64,000 nt of DNA from Acidobacteriota bacterium (GCA_003223115.1 QHXW01000041.1:972-64971), one strand, 5' to 3'; positions 1 to 10,938 are shown, numbered from the stretch's first letter. The notes: generated by a model from the letters alone, not told the origin. Numbers and translations are program-made.

Positions 1-518
1 TGCGAATCGCCAAAGCGCTCGAGCCGTACAACATCATGTATCTCGAGGACGCGATGTTGTGCGGCAACGCCAAGACCTACGCGCGCCTCGCGGCTGAGAC
101 GAGCGTGCCGGTGTGCATCAGCGAGACCCTGGCCAGCCGCTACGAGTATCGCGAGTTCTTCGAGCTGAAGGCGTGTGACGTGATCATGTACGACGTCACT
201 TGGTGCGGCGGTCCGTGTGAGGCAAAACGCATTTCCGACATAGCCGAAACCTACATGATCCCGACTTCTCCGCACACCTGCGGTGGTCCGCTGCTGTTCA
301 CCTGCTCCGCACACTTGGCCACGGCGCTCCCCGACCTCCTCATCATGGAGAGCAACTATTGGAAGTACGCTCACCAGTATCCATACTTCGTGAACAACGT
401 TCCGGTTCCTAAAGATGGACACGTGACAGCGCCCGAGCTGCCCGGTATCGGCGTGGAGATCAGGCCGGAACTCTTCCGCAACGGCGATGCCACAGTGGAA
501 ACGGTGGCGAAGATATAG
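1..518 (+). CDS. Enolase-superfamily enzyme (mandelate racemase/muconate lactonizing family, sugar-acid dehydratase-like), C-terminal part; 5' end lies outside the window
   Basis: The frame is open from base 3 (RIAKALEPYNIMYLEDAM...) and continues into ORF 36..518. The LEPY..YLED region and C-terminal barrel segment are typical of the family. Confidence 0.7.
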   Translation, partial: RIAKALEPYNIMYLEDAMLCGNAKTYARLAAETSVPVCISETLASRYEYREFFELKACDVIMYDVTWCGGPCEAKRISDIAETYMIPTSPHTCGGPLLFTCSAHLATALPDLLIMESNYWKYAHQYPYFVNNVPVPKDGHVTAPELPGIGVEIRPELFRNGDATVETVAKI

Positions 519-682
519 AGCCGAATAGGGGGCTTTCGGTTGCCCAGGCAGAGGCGCGAACAGTTCGTGGGGCTATCGCGAACAGCCCTACCATCTACTT
601 AACCGTTAGTGAATTACATGGGGATTTATCGCTAATCGCTCGTAATCGCCAAAGTCAGATGCGGAAAGCGTAGCCACAAGAT

Positions 683-3350
683 TTATTTCCCTGCCGCAGG
701 AGCCCGGCGCCGCAGCTCGTCGAAGAAGTTCATCAAAAAGGTGACCTGCGCTCCACTCTCCCGGTCTGACGCTCCTGCCTGCACCACCGCGAAGCGCCTG
801 CCGTCCGGCGCCAGACTGTAATCCACTAGGTCCTTCACCTTGGTCCAGAGACGGGGTTTAACCGCTACGAACATATCGCCATTCGCTGTATAGTTCGCTA
901 CCATGATCCCTTCACTGCCCACGTAGAACAACTCCTGCTTCTTGCTCGACCAGATGGGCCCGTGTCCGCCTCCGGCGGATACAAGCCACTTTCCTCCCGG
1001 TCCCGGAAACCGTCGGACGTAGACCTCGTCGCTCCCCGACTCGTCCGACTGGTACGCCAACCACCGCCCGTCGGGGGAGATCATTGGGAACCTCTGCATA
1101 CCTGGCGCCTGAAGGAAAGGCTCGGGCTTGCCCGGCTTCGGATGGTCGCTCTCCACGTCTTCCAAAGGGAGCGTCCAGAGGTTCCAATTGGTTTGGGGAT
1201 CAACTCGTCGAAGGCCAATCGCTTGCCATCCGGCGAGAACGAATACGGGAACTGAACATACTTGCTTTCCGTCAGCCGTACCGCTTCACCCGCGCCATCC
1301 GCCCGCATCCAGTAAAGATTCGCCACTCCGCCATGCCTCACTGAAGTGAAGACGATGTGTTTGCCGTCCGGAGTCCAAACCGAACGGTGATCAAAGCCCG
1401 GAGTCGAGGTCAAGCGGGCCAAGGCATCACGCTCCCACTCGTATACCCAAATGTCCAAGTTTCCGGTCGCGCTAATCGACACTGCCAGGCGTTTGCCGTC
1501 CGGCGAAAGATGAATATCCCGCACGCCCCGGGGGCGACACGAAGCGGTTGCGTGTGCCCGGCACTGTCCAGCCAAACAAGTGTGTCCCTCGGCAGGTTCT
1601 CCCGCACGTACACCAGGATGCCCCCGCGCTATGGATCCGGGCCTGCTGACGCCGTGGAATAACGAGCTACTTCTTCAACAACGGGCACGGCAGGCCCCGT
1701 CAACTCCAGACGCTTCAGATCCATCGGCGCCACATACAGCATCTTTTGGCGCAGGTAGAGTAGGTGCCCGCTTTGTACGAACGTGCCATGATGGGCCCCG
1801 CGCACCAGCGTCTTTCTTTCGCTCGTCCGCAGCGATTGCACCTCGATCGTGCCTTCGTTCATCGCTCCGACGGCGCGGAACGCTGTAAAGAGCACCGCCT
1901 GAGCGCTAGGCAGGGCCCTGGGGAAACCGATGCGTGGCATCCTGCTTCAACTCCGTGAGGGGCTCGACCGCGCCGCCACCCGATGGAATCCGCGAGAGGC
2001 CGCCTGGGATGTTCAACGACGCAATGATGTCGCCGTCCTGGCCCCAGCTTCCGCCGTCACCAATCGGGGCATCGCACAACACTGCCAGTCCGCGCCCCAC
2101 GGCCGAAATCTTCTTCAGCTTGCCCTCGGCGAAAAACCCGACAAACTGCCCGTCCGGAGAAAAAAAGGAGCCTCAGCGCCTTCGGTTCCGGCCAGTGGCG
2201 CAGCCTCGCCCTGGTCGATGTGCGCGGGTGTATAGCCGAACCTTCCCGTCCCGCGCCGCGACCCCCATATACCAAACGCGTCCCGTCCGGTGGGAGGATG
2301 ACGTTGGCTTCGCCGAAGCCAGCCGTGGCAAACTCCGGCCCAGGTTCCACGGTCAGCCACATGAGCGGCTGGGTCGTCGGCCGCGTCGCGCGCCAAAGAA
2401 CCACGCCGAGTAGCAGCGAAATGGTTATCGCTATTCCCGCTACAGTCCACGGCAAAACAGGCATCCGAGCGAGTGGCGCCACAATGCCCGGGCTGCCGGC
2501 CTCGCCACCCAGTTGTTCTTCGACCGCCATCCGCGCGTCTCCAATATCCCGCAATCGCTGCCTGACGTTCTTCTCCAGGCAGCGCCGCACAAGCGGCCGC
2601 ATGCCAGCCGGTACCGCACCCCACTCCGGCTCCGTCTTCAACACTGCAGCAAGGGTGTCTGAAACGGTTTCTCCCGCGAACGGCCCGCTTGCCCGTCAAC
2701 ATCTCGTACAGCACCACGCCGTACGCCCAGATGTCGGCGCGCTTATCCACCACCGCGCCTCGCGCTTGCTCGGGAGCCATGTATGCGGCTGTCCCCAAAA
2801 TGATGCCTGCACGAGTGGAGTCGAGCGTCAATGTTGGCGAGATCGACGGATTGCCGGCCGCGACCGGTTTATCCAAGGCCTTCGCCAGTCCGAAGTCGAG
2901 TAGCTTCACCTGACCAGCACCAGTCAGCTTGATGTTCGCAGGCTTCAGATCTCGGTGAATGATTCCTTTCTCGTGCGCGTACTCGAGACCCTCCGCAATT
3001 TGCTTTGCTATGGCGAGGGCTTCCTCCAGTGGGATAGCACCCTTGACGATGCGTTCCGCCAGGGTCGGCCCTTCGACTAGCTCCATCACCAGCCCGCGAA
3101 TATTGTTCGACTCTTCGAGGCCATGAATTGTCGCTATATTCGGGTGATTCAGCGAAGCCAGAACCTGCGCCTCGCGCTCGAACCGTGCCATGCGCTCGAC
3201 GTCCTTTGCGAATGCGTCCGGTAGCACTTTGATCGCGACATCGCGCCCGAGCTTGGTATCGTGGGCGCAGTAAACCTCGCCCATTCCTCCGGCGCCGATC
3301 GACGAGACAATCTCGTAGGGGCCGAGACGGGTTCTGGGTGAGAGCGGCAT
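683..3350 (-). pseudogene. Ser/Thr protein kinase + TM helix + PD40/TolB-like beta-propeller, broken by at least 6 frameshifts
   Basis: The N-terminus has kinase motifs (GAGGMGEVY, AIK, HRDLKPANI, DFG, APE). The protein continues across six minus-strand ORFs in different frames (2115-3350, 2057-2644, 1906-2100, 1629-1940, 1081-1575, 683-1165) with repeated SPDG propeller motifs. Shifts were resolved by hand at ~2683, 2160-2166 (A7 run) and ~1925. Confidence 0.8.
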
Positions 3351-3825
3351 CAGAAACGCTGAATGCCGCTTAGATTACAGCTTCCAGCTCAAACGTTCAA
3401 GCTATTGGGTGGGACCGGTGGTGACCTGCCCTCGCGATAGCTGTTGCGAACGCCTATACCACTAGCAATCGCGCACTCCTCGAAACGTGATTGCTTGGAC
3501 AGAATCCACATTGGCAGCCCGGCTAAACGTCAAAGGCTCCGCCCCCATACTTGCCAAACCGCGATCACAAGCTTCCACCAGAAATTTTCTCTCCGTCTTG
3601 CACACTCTGCCGATCTCTTCACCCGCCGCGAAACCTCTCATCTGCTATCCCTAAAAACGACGGCTAACTGCCCACCCATGAATGCCATGAGTATGCCGCG
3701 AACAATTCTGCGAAACAAACCCAATTCCCATTTCCGGATGGTAAGTGTCGGACCAAGGGTCCATGACGGCAGCGTCTGCCGCACGATCAGCGCCGCCTGC
3801 TATCGTTAAACCGCCGCGTCCACGA

Positions 3826-5043
3826 TCATTCGTACTTAATCGTCACTTCGCGGCCGCCGTTCAGGATTGACTGCCGGCCCGCCTCGATCACCAGCTCGTT
3901 GTAGTTGCTGTTCGCCGGCGTCGCCATGATGCCCAGGGCGTCGATCTCGCGCAAGAGCTTTTGCCGGGCTGTGAGCGGCTCGGCAGTCGCCACGCGAAGG
4001 CAGTTGCCGACGATGTGATCGATCGAGCGGAAGCCGTAGCCCACTGGTATCAGGCCGGGGCCACCGTGATCCTGGTAGTGGAAATAATCGGGACTGGGCT
4101 CGGCGTAAATCGTCGTACCCGCGCCTTCGGGTTGGCGGACATAGCTGTATTTGACGCCGCGATACTGATCGTGGTGCTCGATGAGCGCGCCCGTATCCGC
4201 GCCGCTGCAGTAAAGCATCATGCCTTGCGTGTTGGTTCCTGGCGCGGCATCAGGAAAACTCAATCCGTCCTGCACGTTGAGGCAGGCGCCGTTCGACCAC
4301 ACTACACGCGCATCGGTCCACAGGAAGCCTTCTTTGCCGTTGGGAAAGCTGTCGCGTATGCCGTAAACGCTCACCGCCGTAGGCAACAACCCGGTGATGA
4401 AGTGCACCAGGTCCACGTAGTGGCAGCCGATATAGGTGAACGCGTCTGAGTTCTCCGCGGTCATCCAGTTCTGAAAATTGGAGTGCCGGTAATACCATTT
4501 CTCGAACAGGCGCGCGGTGCCCAGTCGGAACTCACCGAACCAGCCCTCGCGATATTTGCGGCGGGCCATCAAACTGCGATCGTCGAAACGCTTGTGGTAC
4601 TCGACGCCAACCACGAGGCCTCGCGAAAACGCCTCGCGCTCGATTTCGACGGCGTGCTTGTGCTGCAACACCAGCGGCTTTACGGCGCAGACGTGCTGGT
4701 TGTGGCGGAGCGCGGTCATGATCACGTCGTAATGCAATTGATCCGGCACTGCCGCCACCACGATATTGCCGGCCGGCATGCGTTCGATCACGCTGCGGTA
4801 GAGCTCGGGCTGCGGTTTGTCCGGGTTTCCGGATTCCGGAAATGCGCGGAAAGAGTGGCCTGGAAATGCGTGCGCGATATCTTTGGCCTGGGCCAGCGTT
4901 TCCACCGTGCGCCGCCTCGATGCGGACACCACGATATCACCGATGCGGCCCAGTCGCTGCAGTTGATAGAGCGAGGGCAGGATCTGATCGTGCGTAATCA
5001 TGCCGCCGCCGATAACGGTGACCTGAGGTTTGTTTGCCGTCAT
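3826..5043 (-). CDS. Gfo/Idh/MocA-family NAD(P)-dependent oxidoreductase
   Basis: 405-aa ORF with an N-terminal Rossmann motif (VTVIGGGMITHDQ) and a family-like alpha/beta C-terminal domain. It lies 7 nt downstream of the aminotransferase on the same strand. Confidence 0.7.
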   Translation of the reverse strand: MTANKPQVTVIGGGMITHDQILPSLYQLQRLGRIGDIVVSASRRRTVETLAQAKDIAHAFPGHSFRAFPESGNPDKPQPELYRSVIERMPAGNIVVAAVPDQLHYDVIMTALRHNQHVCAVKPLVLQHKHAVEIEREAFSRGLVVGVEYHKRFDDRSLMARRKYREGWFGEFRLGTARLFEKWYYRHSNFQNWMTAENSDAFTYIGCHYVDLVHFITGLLPTAVSVYGIRDSFPNGKEGFLWTDARVVWSNGACLNVQDGLSFPDAAPGTNTQGMMLYCSGADTGALIEHHDQYRGVKYSYVRQPEGAGTTIYAEPSPDYFHYQDHGGPGLIPVGYGFRSIDHIVGNCLRVATAEPLTARQKLLREIDALGIMATPANSNYNELVIEAGRQSILNGGREVTIKYE

Positions 5044-5050
5044 GATCCGA

Positions 5051-6433
5051 TCAGGCGACGGCGCTATGAGCCACCAGCGCTTCCGCGAAGGCTTCTTCGA
5101 GCGCGTTGAGACTGTCGTGAATGGCCGCTTCAGTGATGACCAGCGGCGGGCTGATCTTGACTGTCGCGCCTCCGAATCCCACCGGGCTGAACATCAGCAC
5201 GCCCTTTTCAACCGAGCGCCGGACAACTTCCCAGGCCAGGTCGCCGTCGGGCTCCTTGGTGCCTGGAATCACGCAGGCTACACCGGCAACCAGACCTTTT
5301 CCATCCACATATCCGATTTGCGGTGTGCGCGCGGCTAGTGTGTGCAGCCGGTGGTGCAACACGTCTCCCACTTTGCGCGCATTTTCGGCCAGATTTTCCC
5401 TGAGGATCAGGTCAATTGAGGCCAGGGCGGCGGCGCAGCAGATGGGATTTCCTGTGTGCGTCGAGGTCATGCTTCCGGAGGGGTGAAGGTCCATAATGTC
5501 GGGTCGGCCGGTCACCGCCGAGAGAGGCAGGGAACTTGAAATCCCCTTGCCGAGACACACTAGGTCCGGCACGATGCCGTAGTGCTCAAAACCCCACATG
5601 GTTCCGGTGCGGCCGAAGCCCGCCTGCACTTCGTCACAGACCAGCAGAGCTTTGTGACCTGTGCACCATTTGCGCACAGCGCGCATATACTCGGGGGGTG
5701 CAAACGACGCGCTGCCGCCTTGATAGGTCTCGAGAATCACGCCTGCCACCATGGAAGGCTCCACGTCGTGCTCGCGCAGCGCCCGCACGAATCCGTCAAA
5801 AGATTTGTCGGGCGTGCGGAAGCCATCCGGAAAAGGAATCTGTACGAAACCAGCGTCGAGATTCCCGATCCATTCCTTCAAAGCCGGGATGCCACCCACC
5901 TGTTGCGCGCCGAGTGTGCGGCCGTGGAAAGCTTTTTCATAGGAAATGATGACGTTTTTTCCCCGCCCGCCGGCCTTCATCCCGTGCGTGCGGCATAACT
6001 TGACGGCGCATTCCACTGTTTCGGAACCGGTGGTGAGCAGAAAAACTTTCTTCAACGGCTCGGGCATCAACGATGCCAGCTTCTCCACCAGCCGCGCCCG
6101 AATCTCACTCGGAAAACAGTAGTTGGTGAGCAGCTTCGACGAAGCTTGCTCCACGATGGCGCGTACGATTTCATCGCGCCCGTGTCCCGCGTTTGTGATC
6201 AGGACGCCAGAGGACCAGTCAATCCATTTGTTGCCGTAGCGATCGTAAACCTGGAAGCCCTCGGCGTGGTCCCACAGGATGGGCGGCTGGCCACGCATGG
6301 CTATCGGCTCGTAGCGATAGAGCGAGTAAAGGATAGGGATGGACTCCGGGACCGGAAGTTCAGTCACGATGCGTCGGAACGGCGTCTCCACGCGAGGGAC
6401 ACGCGCAGGTGTCAGGCTGTATTCTTTGGACAT
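5051..6433 (-). CDS. Class-III (acetylornithine/GABA-type) PLP-dependent aminotransferase
   Basis: 460-aa ORF with the DEVQAGFGRTG motif followed by the LGKG lysine region, both typical of class-III aminotransferases. Confidence 0.85.
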   Translation of the reverse strand: MSKEYSLTPARVPRVETPFRRIVTELPVPESIPILYSLYRYEPIAMRGQPPILWDHAEGFQVYDRYGNKWIDWSSGVLITNAGHGRDEIVRAIVEQASSKLLTNYCFPSEIRARLVEKLASLMPEPLKKVFLLTTGSETVECAVKLCRTHGMKAGGRGKNVIISYEKAFHGRTLGAQQVGGIPALKEWIGNLDAGFVQIPFPDGFRTPDKSFDGFVRALREHDVEPSMVAGVILETYQGGSASFAPPEYMRAVRKWCTGHKALLVCDEVQAGFGRTGTMWGFEHYGIVPDLVCLGKGISSSLPLSAVTGRPDIMDLHPSGSMTSTHTGNPICCAAALASIDLILRENLAENARKVGDVLHHRLHTLAARTPQIGYVDGKGLVAGVACVIPGTKEPDGDLAWEVVRRSVEKGVLMFSPVGFGGATVKISPPLVITEAAIHDSLNALEEAFAEALVAHSAVA

Positions 6434-6539
6434 AGTTGGGCGCGCTATGGTCTATTGTCGGGTATTATTTCCTGTCGTCGCAACCCAGCCCATGAAGCCC
6501 AGCCCATGAAGACGGCAAGAGCGACCCGGTAAGGCATTT

Positions 6540-7502
6540 ATGAAGCTGGAAGCACGGCTCGACGCGGTGAGCAGGCTGCGGCAGGACCCGGCTTCACCTG
6601 AGGCTCGCCTGGCGCTGCGAAAACATTTGGCCGACAAGTCCAATCTGGTAGTTGCCAAAGCTGCCAAAATTGTGGCTGCGGCGGAGCTCGAGGAACTGGT
6701 TCCCGCGCTGGTTGATGCCTTCCACGGTTTCATGGGCGATTCCGTCGCTACCGATAAGGGCTGCTCAGCGAAAATCGAGCTGGTCCGTGCCCTTGCGGAT
6801 CTGGGTGCTCTTGAGGAACGGGTGTTTCTCGCCGGTGTCCTTCACGTCCAGCTCGAACCTTCGTTCGGGCAGCCGATCGATACGGCCGCTCCCTTGCGCG
6901 CCGCGAGCGGAATGGGTTTGGTGCGCATGAATCATCCGGATGCGCTGGTCATGCTGGCTGCGCTTCTGGCCGATCGCGAACTGGACGCACGCGTGGGAGC
7001 TGTGCGCGCCATGGCCTATTCCGGAAAGGCTGAAGCCATGCCGCTGCTGCGATTCAAGGTGCTGCAAGGGGACGCGGAACCGGCGGTGACGGCCGAGTGC
7101 TTCGGGGCGCTTATGCAGCTCGAGCCATCGAAGTCCCTCGAGTTTGTAGCCGGATATCTGGAGAACCGCGATCCGGCGGTACGCGAAAGCGCGGCAATGG
7201 CCTTGGCGGAATCGAAGCAGCCCGCCGCGGTCCAGTTGCTGATCGAACGCTGGCGCCCTGGAATGGACGAGACGTCCCGGCGCGCTTTGCTCACCGCGTT
7301 GAGTCTCGCGCGTCACGAAAGCGCCTTCGAGTTTCTCTTTTCGCTGATTGCGCAGGGGAACGTGAGGAGCCCCGCGGAGGCCATCATGGCGCTGGCCTTG
7401 TACCGCCGCGATGAACGCATCCGCAACCACGTGCGGCAGCTTGTCGAGGCGCGCCAGGAGAAATCGCTCCACCGCCTTCTGCATTCCGAATTTGGCAGTT
7501 AA
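6540..7502 (+). CDS. HEAT/armadillo-like helical repeat protein
   Basis: 320-aa ORF, all-helical, with repeated A/L-rich ~30-aa units (e.g. DPAVRESAAMALAE), as in HEAT_2-type repeats. Confidence 0.55.
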   Translation: MKLEARLDAVSRLRQDPASPEARLALRKHLADKSNLVVAKAAKIVAAAELEELVPALVDAFHGFMGDSVATDKGCSAKIELVRALADLGALEERVFLAGVLHVQLEPSFGQPIDTAAPLRAASGMGLVRMNHPDALVMLAALLADRELDARVGAVRAMAYSGKAEAMPLLRFKVLQGDAEPAVTAECFGALMQLEPSKSLEFVAGYLENRDPAVRESAAMALAESKQPAAVQLLIERWRPGMDETSRRALLTALSLARHESAFEFLFSLIAQGNVRSPAEAIMALALYRRDERIRNHVRQLVEARQEKSLHRLLHSEFGS

Positions 7503-7969
7503 GCCGGACTCCGCTCGATCACCCCTAACCCGGCGTAGCCGGAACCAAAAAAGGGTATACAAGTCCGATTCTTTTGGAATGGCCACCAAACCCGCATGGA
7601 TAAAGGGCCACACGGCACTATCGAAAAATATCTTGCCAGAAAAAACATCGATTCCATGATAAAGGTACTAAAGACCTGATCCGTTCCCTCCGATATTTGC
7701 ATTAGCCATGCGACCGACATGGTCCCTTCGGCTCCCGTGCAAGCTGCCATCTCCTCAGACAGAAATGTCGCCCTTCACTGGCGTCTCGCCGCCTGCTCGT
7801 GCCCTCGTTCTCCGACTGCCTTTTTGTGGCCATGCTGCTGGCTGAGCCGGCGAGTAAACTTACAAACTGCCGACGCCCCCGAAATCCTCAGCCGGAAAAT
7901 TCTTCGCCGTTGGGCGCTCATACCCACCATTTAGCAAGTATTACGGCTTTCGTAGACTATATTGAAACA

Positions 7970-8881
7970 ATGGTGCGATGGCTCGCGCTTTGGATCGCCG
8001 TACTACCGTTGAACGCGCAAACCACTGCATCCAATTACGTTGGAAGCACCGTTTGTAAAACTTGTCACCCGGATGTCTGGCAGAATTTTTTCAAGAACCC
8101 GCATTACAAAAGCGCGGCCTCCGGCAATGAACTTCCGGAACGTACGGGCTGCGAAGGTTGCCACGGACCGGGTGGAAAGCACGTCGAAGCTCGAGGCGGA
8201 AAGAGCACCATCCGCGCGTTTTCCGTCATGGCTCCCCGACAGGTGTTAGACACCTGCCTTACGTGCCACGCCAAAGATTTCTCAAAAGCAAATATTCGCA
8301 GGTCTGAACATACGCTGGCCGATGTAGTGTGCTCAAATTGCCACTCCATTCATAAGTCGCCCGTGACTAAGTTTCTGTTGGCGCGCTACCAAAGCGAACT
8401 TTGTTACCAGTGTCACGCGCCGGTACGGGCGCAGTTTTCCATGCCGTTCAAACACCGTGTCAACGACGGGCTCATGCAATGTACCGACTGCCACAATCCT
8501 CACGGCTCTCTTGCTCCCACTTGGAACGCAGGACTTCGCCCACCGATGGTATCGCAAGCCTTGGGAAACGAAGAGGCGTGCCTGAACTGTCACCGTGACA
8601 AGCGCGGCCCGTTCGTATTCGAGCATGTCTCAGTGCGGGTGGAGGGTTGCGAGAGGTGCCACTCTCCGCACGGCTCCATGAATGCCAAGTTGCTCCGTCG
8701 CCCGGCGGTTTTCACTTTGTGCCTGGAATGTCACAACGGAGCAGGGACGTTCGGACGCGAGAATACAGGCGAGATATTGCCGCTTGCCACGCATAATCTG
8801 CTCGATCCGCGTTTTCGCCAATGCACTACTTGTCACGTGCGCATCCACGGATCGAATAGCGACGTGACCTTCCTGCGATGA
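7970..8881 (+). CDS. Periplasmic decahaem c-type cytochrome (MtrA/DmsE/PioA/MtoA-like)
   Basis: Ten CXXCH motifs counted (CKTCH, CEGCH, CLTCH, CSNCH, CYQCH, CTDCH, CLNCH, CERCH, CLECH, CTTCH) in about 300 aa. An internal ATG at 7970 gives the signal peptide MVRWLALWIAVLPLNAQ. The stop overlaps the next gene's start (ATGA). Confidence 0.85.
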   Translation: MVRWLALWIAVLPLNAQTTASNYVGSTVCKTCHPDVWQNFFKNPHYKSAASGNELPERTGCEGCHGPGGKHVEARGGKSTIRAFSVMAPRQVLDTCLTCHAKDFSKANIRRSEHTLADVVCSNCHSIHKSPVTKFLLARYQSELCYQCHAPVRAQFSMPFKHRVNDGLMQCTDCHNPHGSLAPTWNAGLRPPMVSQALGNEEACLNCHRDKRGPFVFEHVSVRVEGCERCHSPHGSMNAKLLRRPAVFTLCLECHNGAGTFGRENTGEILPLATHNLLDPRFRQCTTCHVRIHGSNSDVTFLR

Positions 8882-10935
8882 AGCCCACGTGTCCAATTGT
8901 GCTCGCCAGATTTCATTGGCAGGGGTGTTCCGCCGGCGCCGCCGCGCTTTTCTTCTTCGCATTCAGCCTCTACGCCCAGCAGGCGGTGGCCCCCACACCT
9001 GAACCCGTCGGGCCCACCCGGGGCGATGAATTGCACGGATATAACGTAGTCAACTCCGTCGAAACGGGGTACCGCTTCTCTTTGATTGACGGGAACGAAG
9101 GCAAATACCGCAGTGATGTGAATTACCGTAACGGGCTCCGTTTGTTGGGAAGCAAGCTGACGGTGAATTCCCGCGATGGGCACGGCCGCTGGTTCGACGA
9201 GGTTATCCTTACCACCCTGGGCCTGGGCAACGACCCTTACGAATCCGCCATGCTTCGCGTTCAAAAGAACCGTCTTTATGAATACGACATGTTGTGGCGC
9301 CTGAATGATTACTTCAACCCCGCCTTAACCATCGCTCAGGGCGAACATCTCTTCAACACCAGCCGGCAGCTCCAGGACCACGATCTGACGCTGCTCCCTC
9401 AATCCCGCGTCAGGTTCCGCTTTGGATATACGCGCGATTCGCAAAGCGGCCCGGCGCTCTCGACAATTGGGATTTTTGACAGCCGCGGCAACGAATTTCC
9501 GCTTTTTTCAAATGTGCGTCGCCTCGATAACGAGTATCGTCTCGGCGGCGATATCGAAATCAAAGGAATCAAGCTGACTTGGATGCATCGCTGGGAGGAT
9601 TTCAAAGAGGACACGCCTTTCTTCTTGAACAGCCCCAGCACGGGTAACAATCCCAGCGACCTCACCACGCTCTCCAGCTTCCGGCGCACCGAGCCGTACC
9701 ATGGGACAACCCCCGGCTGGCTCGCCAACCTGCAGACCGATCACCGAAGCTGGGCTGCCAATGGACGTTTCACCTACGCAGGAGGGCGGCGTAACTTTGT
9801 GATGGACGAGGTTGCCATCGGTACCGACCGTTTCGGAGCGGACAGAAATCGCCAGGTGGCGGTCGGCGGAAATGCGAGACGGCCATTGGCGACAGGCGAT
9901 CTGGCGCTGAGCTTTTTTCCGGCCGACCGGCTCTCCCTTGTGAATAACACTTCGTTCTACAGCCTGCGCATCGACGGCAACTCTGTTTACAACGAATTCA
10001 ATAATGCCACGGCGACAACGGAACGCCTGTTCTTCCCCTTTTTCGGAATTCGCACCGTGACCAATTCTACCGACGCGAATTTCCGCGCCACGAAGTGGCT
10101 GGGTTTTCGAGCCGGGTACCATTACTCCAATCGCCTCATTCGCTCGATTGAGATTATCGATACGCGGCCTTCAGGCCACGGAATCGTGGCCGCTGACCAG
10201 ACCAACATTATCCACGCGGGCGTATTCGGAATCCGGCTGAAACCGGCTCAACCCTTGAGTATCAATCTCGACGCCGAGGTCACGCGCGCCAATCATCCAT
10301 TTTTTCCCATCAGCGACCGCAACTATCATGCTCTTAGCGGGCGCATTCAATACCGTACGAAACGGCTGTTGCTTTCGAGCAGCTACGCGGAACGATACAA
10401 CAACAATTCCATCCGCATCACGGCGTACAGCTCGCGTGCCCGAAATTACTCTGCGGACGCCTCCTGGACTGCGCGTTCCTGGATGGCGTTCGAGGCGTCC
10501 TATTCCAAACTTCACCTGGATACGATCTCTGGGATTGCGTTCTTCGCCGGATCGCCGCAGTCCCAGTTGCAGACCGGCCTGCAGTCCATCTACGTCAATA
10601 ATATCCATGCGGGTAATCTGGGTATGCACTTCGAAATTCCAAAGCACGCCAGCGTGTATGCCGGATATTCGATCACGCGCGACGTGGGCGATGGCCGCGG
10701 CAAGGCAGCGCCTCCGGTGATAGCAGACCCGATCTCAGCGTTCCTGATTCCAGTCCAAACTTTCCCGTTGAGCTTTGCATCTCCGCTGGCCCGTCTTTCA
10801 ATTCGCCTAAACAATCGATTGCGTTGGAACGCCGGGTGGCAGTACTATCGCTACCGGGAGGATTTTGGCCTGTTTTCCATATTTCAGAACTACAGAGCCC
10901 ACACAGGTTTTACGAGCCTCCTATGGTCTTTCTAA
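8878..10935 (+). CDS. Large outer-membrane beta-barrel protein (MtrB/PioB/MtoB-like candidate)
   Basis: 685-aa ORF with an N-terminal signal-like segment ending AQQ. It shows pervasive alternating hydrophobic/aromatic strand patterns and a C-terminal aromatic residue (LLWSF). It is translationally coupled to the decahaem cytochrome gene. Confidence 0.6.
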   Translation: MKPTCPIVLARFHWQGCSAGAAALFFFAFSLYAQQAVAPTPEPVGPTRGDELHGYNVVNSVETGYRFSLIDGNEGKYRSDVNYRNGLRLLGSKLTVNSRDGHGRWFDEVILTTLGLGNDPYESAMLRVQKNRLYEYDMLWRLNDYFNPALTIAQGEHLFNTSRQLQDHDLTLLPQSRVRFRFGYTRDSQSGPALSTIGIFDSRGNEFPLFSNVRRLDNEYRLGGDIEIKGIKLTWMHRWEDFKEDTPFFLNSPSTGNNPSDLTTLSSFRRTEPYHGTTPGWLANLQTDHRSWAANGRFTYAGGRRNFVMDEVAIGTDRFGADRNRQVAVGGNARRPLATGDLALSFFPADRLSLVNNTSFYSLRIDGNSVYNEFNNATATTERLFFPFFGIRTVTNSTDANFRATKWLGFRAGYHYSNRLIRSIEIIDTRPSGHGIVAADQTNIIHAGVFGIRLKPAQPLSINLDAEVTRANHPFFPISDRNYHALSGRIQYRTKRLLLSSSYAERYNNNSIRITAYSSRARNYSADASWTARSWMAFEASYSKLHLDTISGIAFFAGSPQSQLQTGLQSIYVNNIHAGNLGMHFEIPKHASVYAGYSITRDVGDGRGKAAPPVIADPISAFLIPVQTFPLSFASPLARLSIRLNNRLRWNAGWQYYRYREDFGLFSIFQNYRAHTGFTSLLWSF

Positions 10936-10938
10936 TTC

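Noticed and set aside
3444-3809. 121-aa ORF in the 475-bp gap between the kinase and the oxidoreductase
   Set aside because: No motifs, odd composition and no ribosome-binding context. It is treated as intergenic. I also saw no convincing tRNA, riboswitch or terminator structure there.
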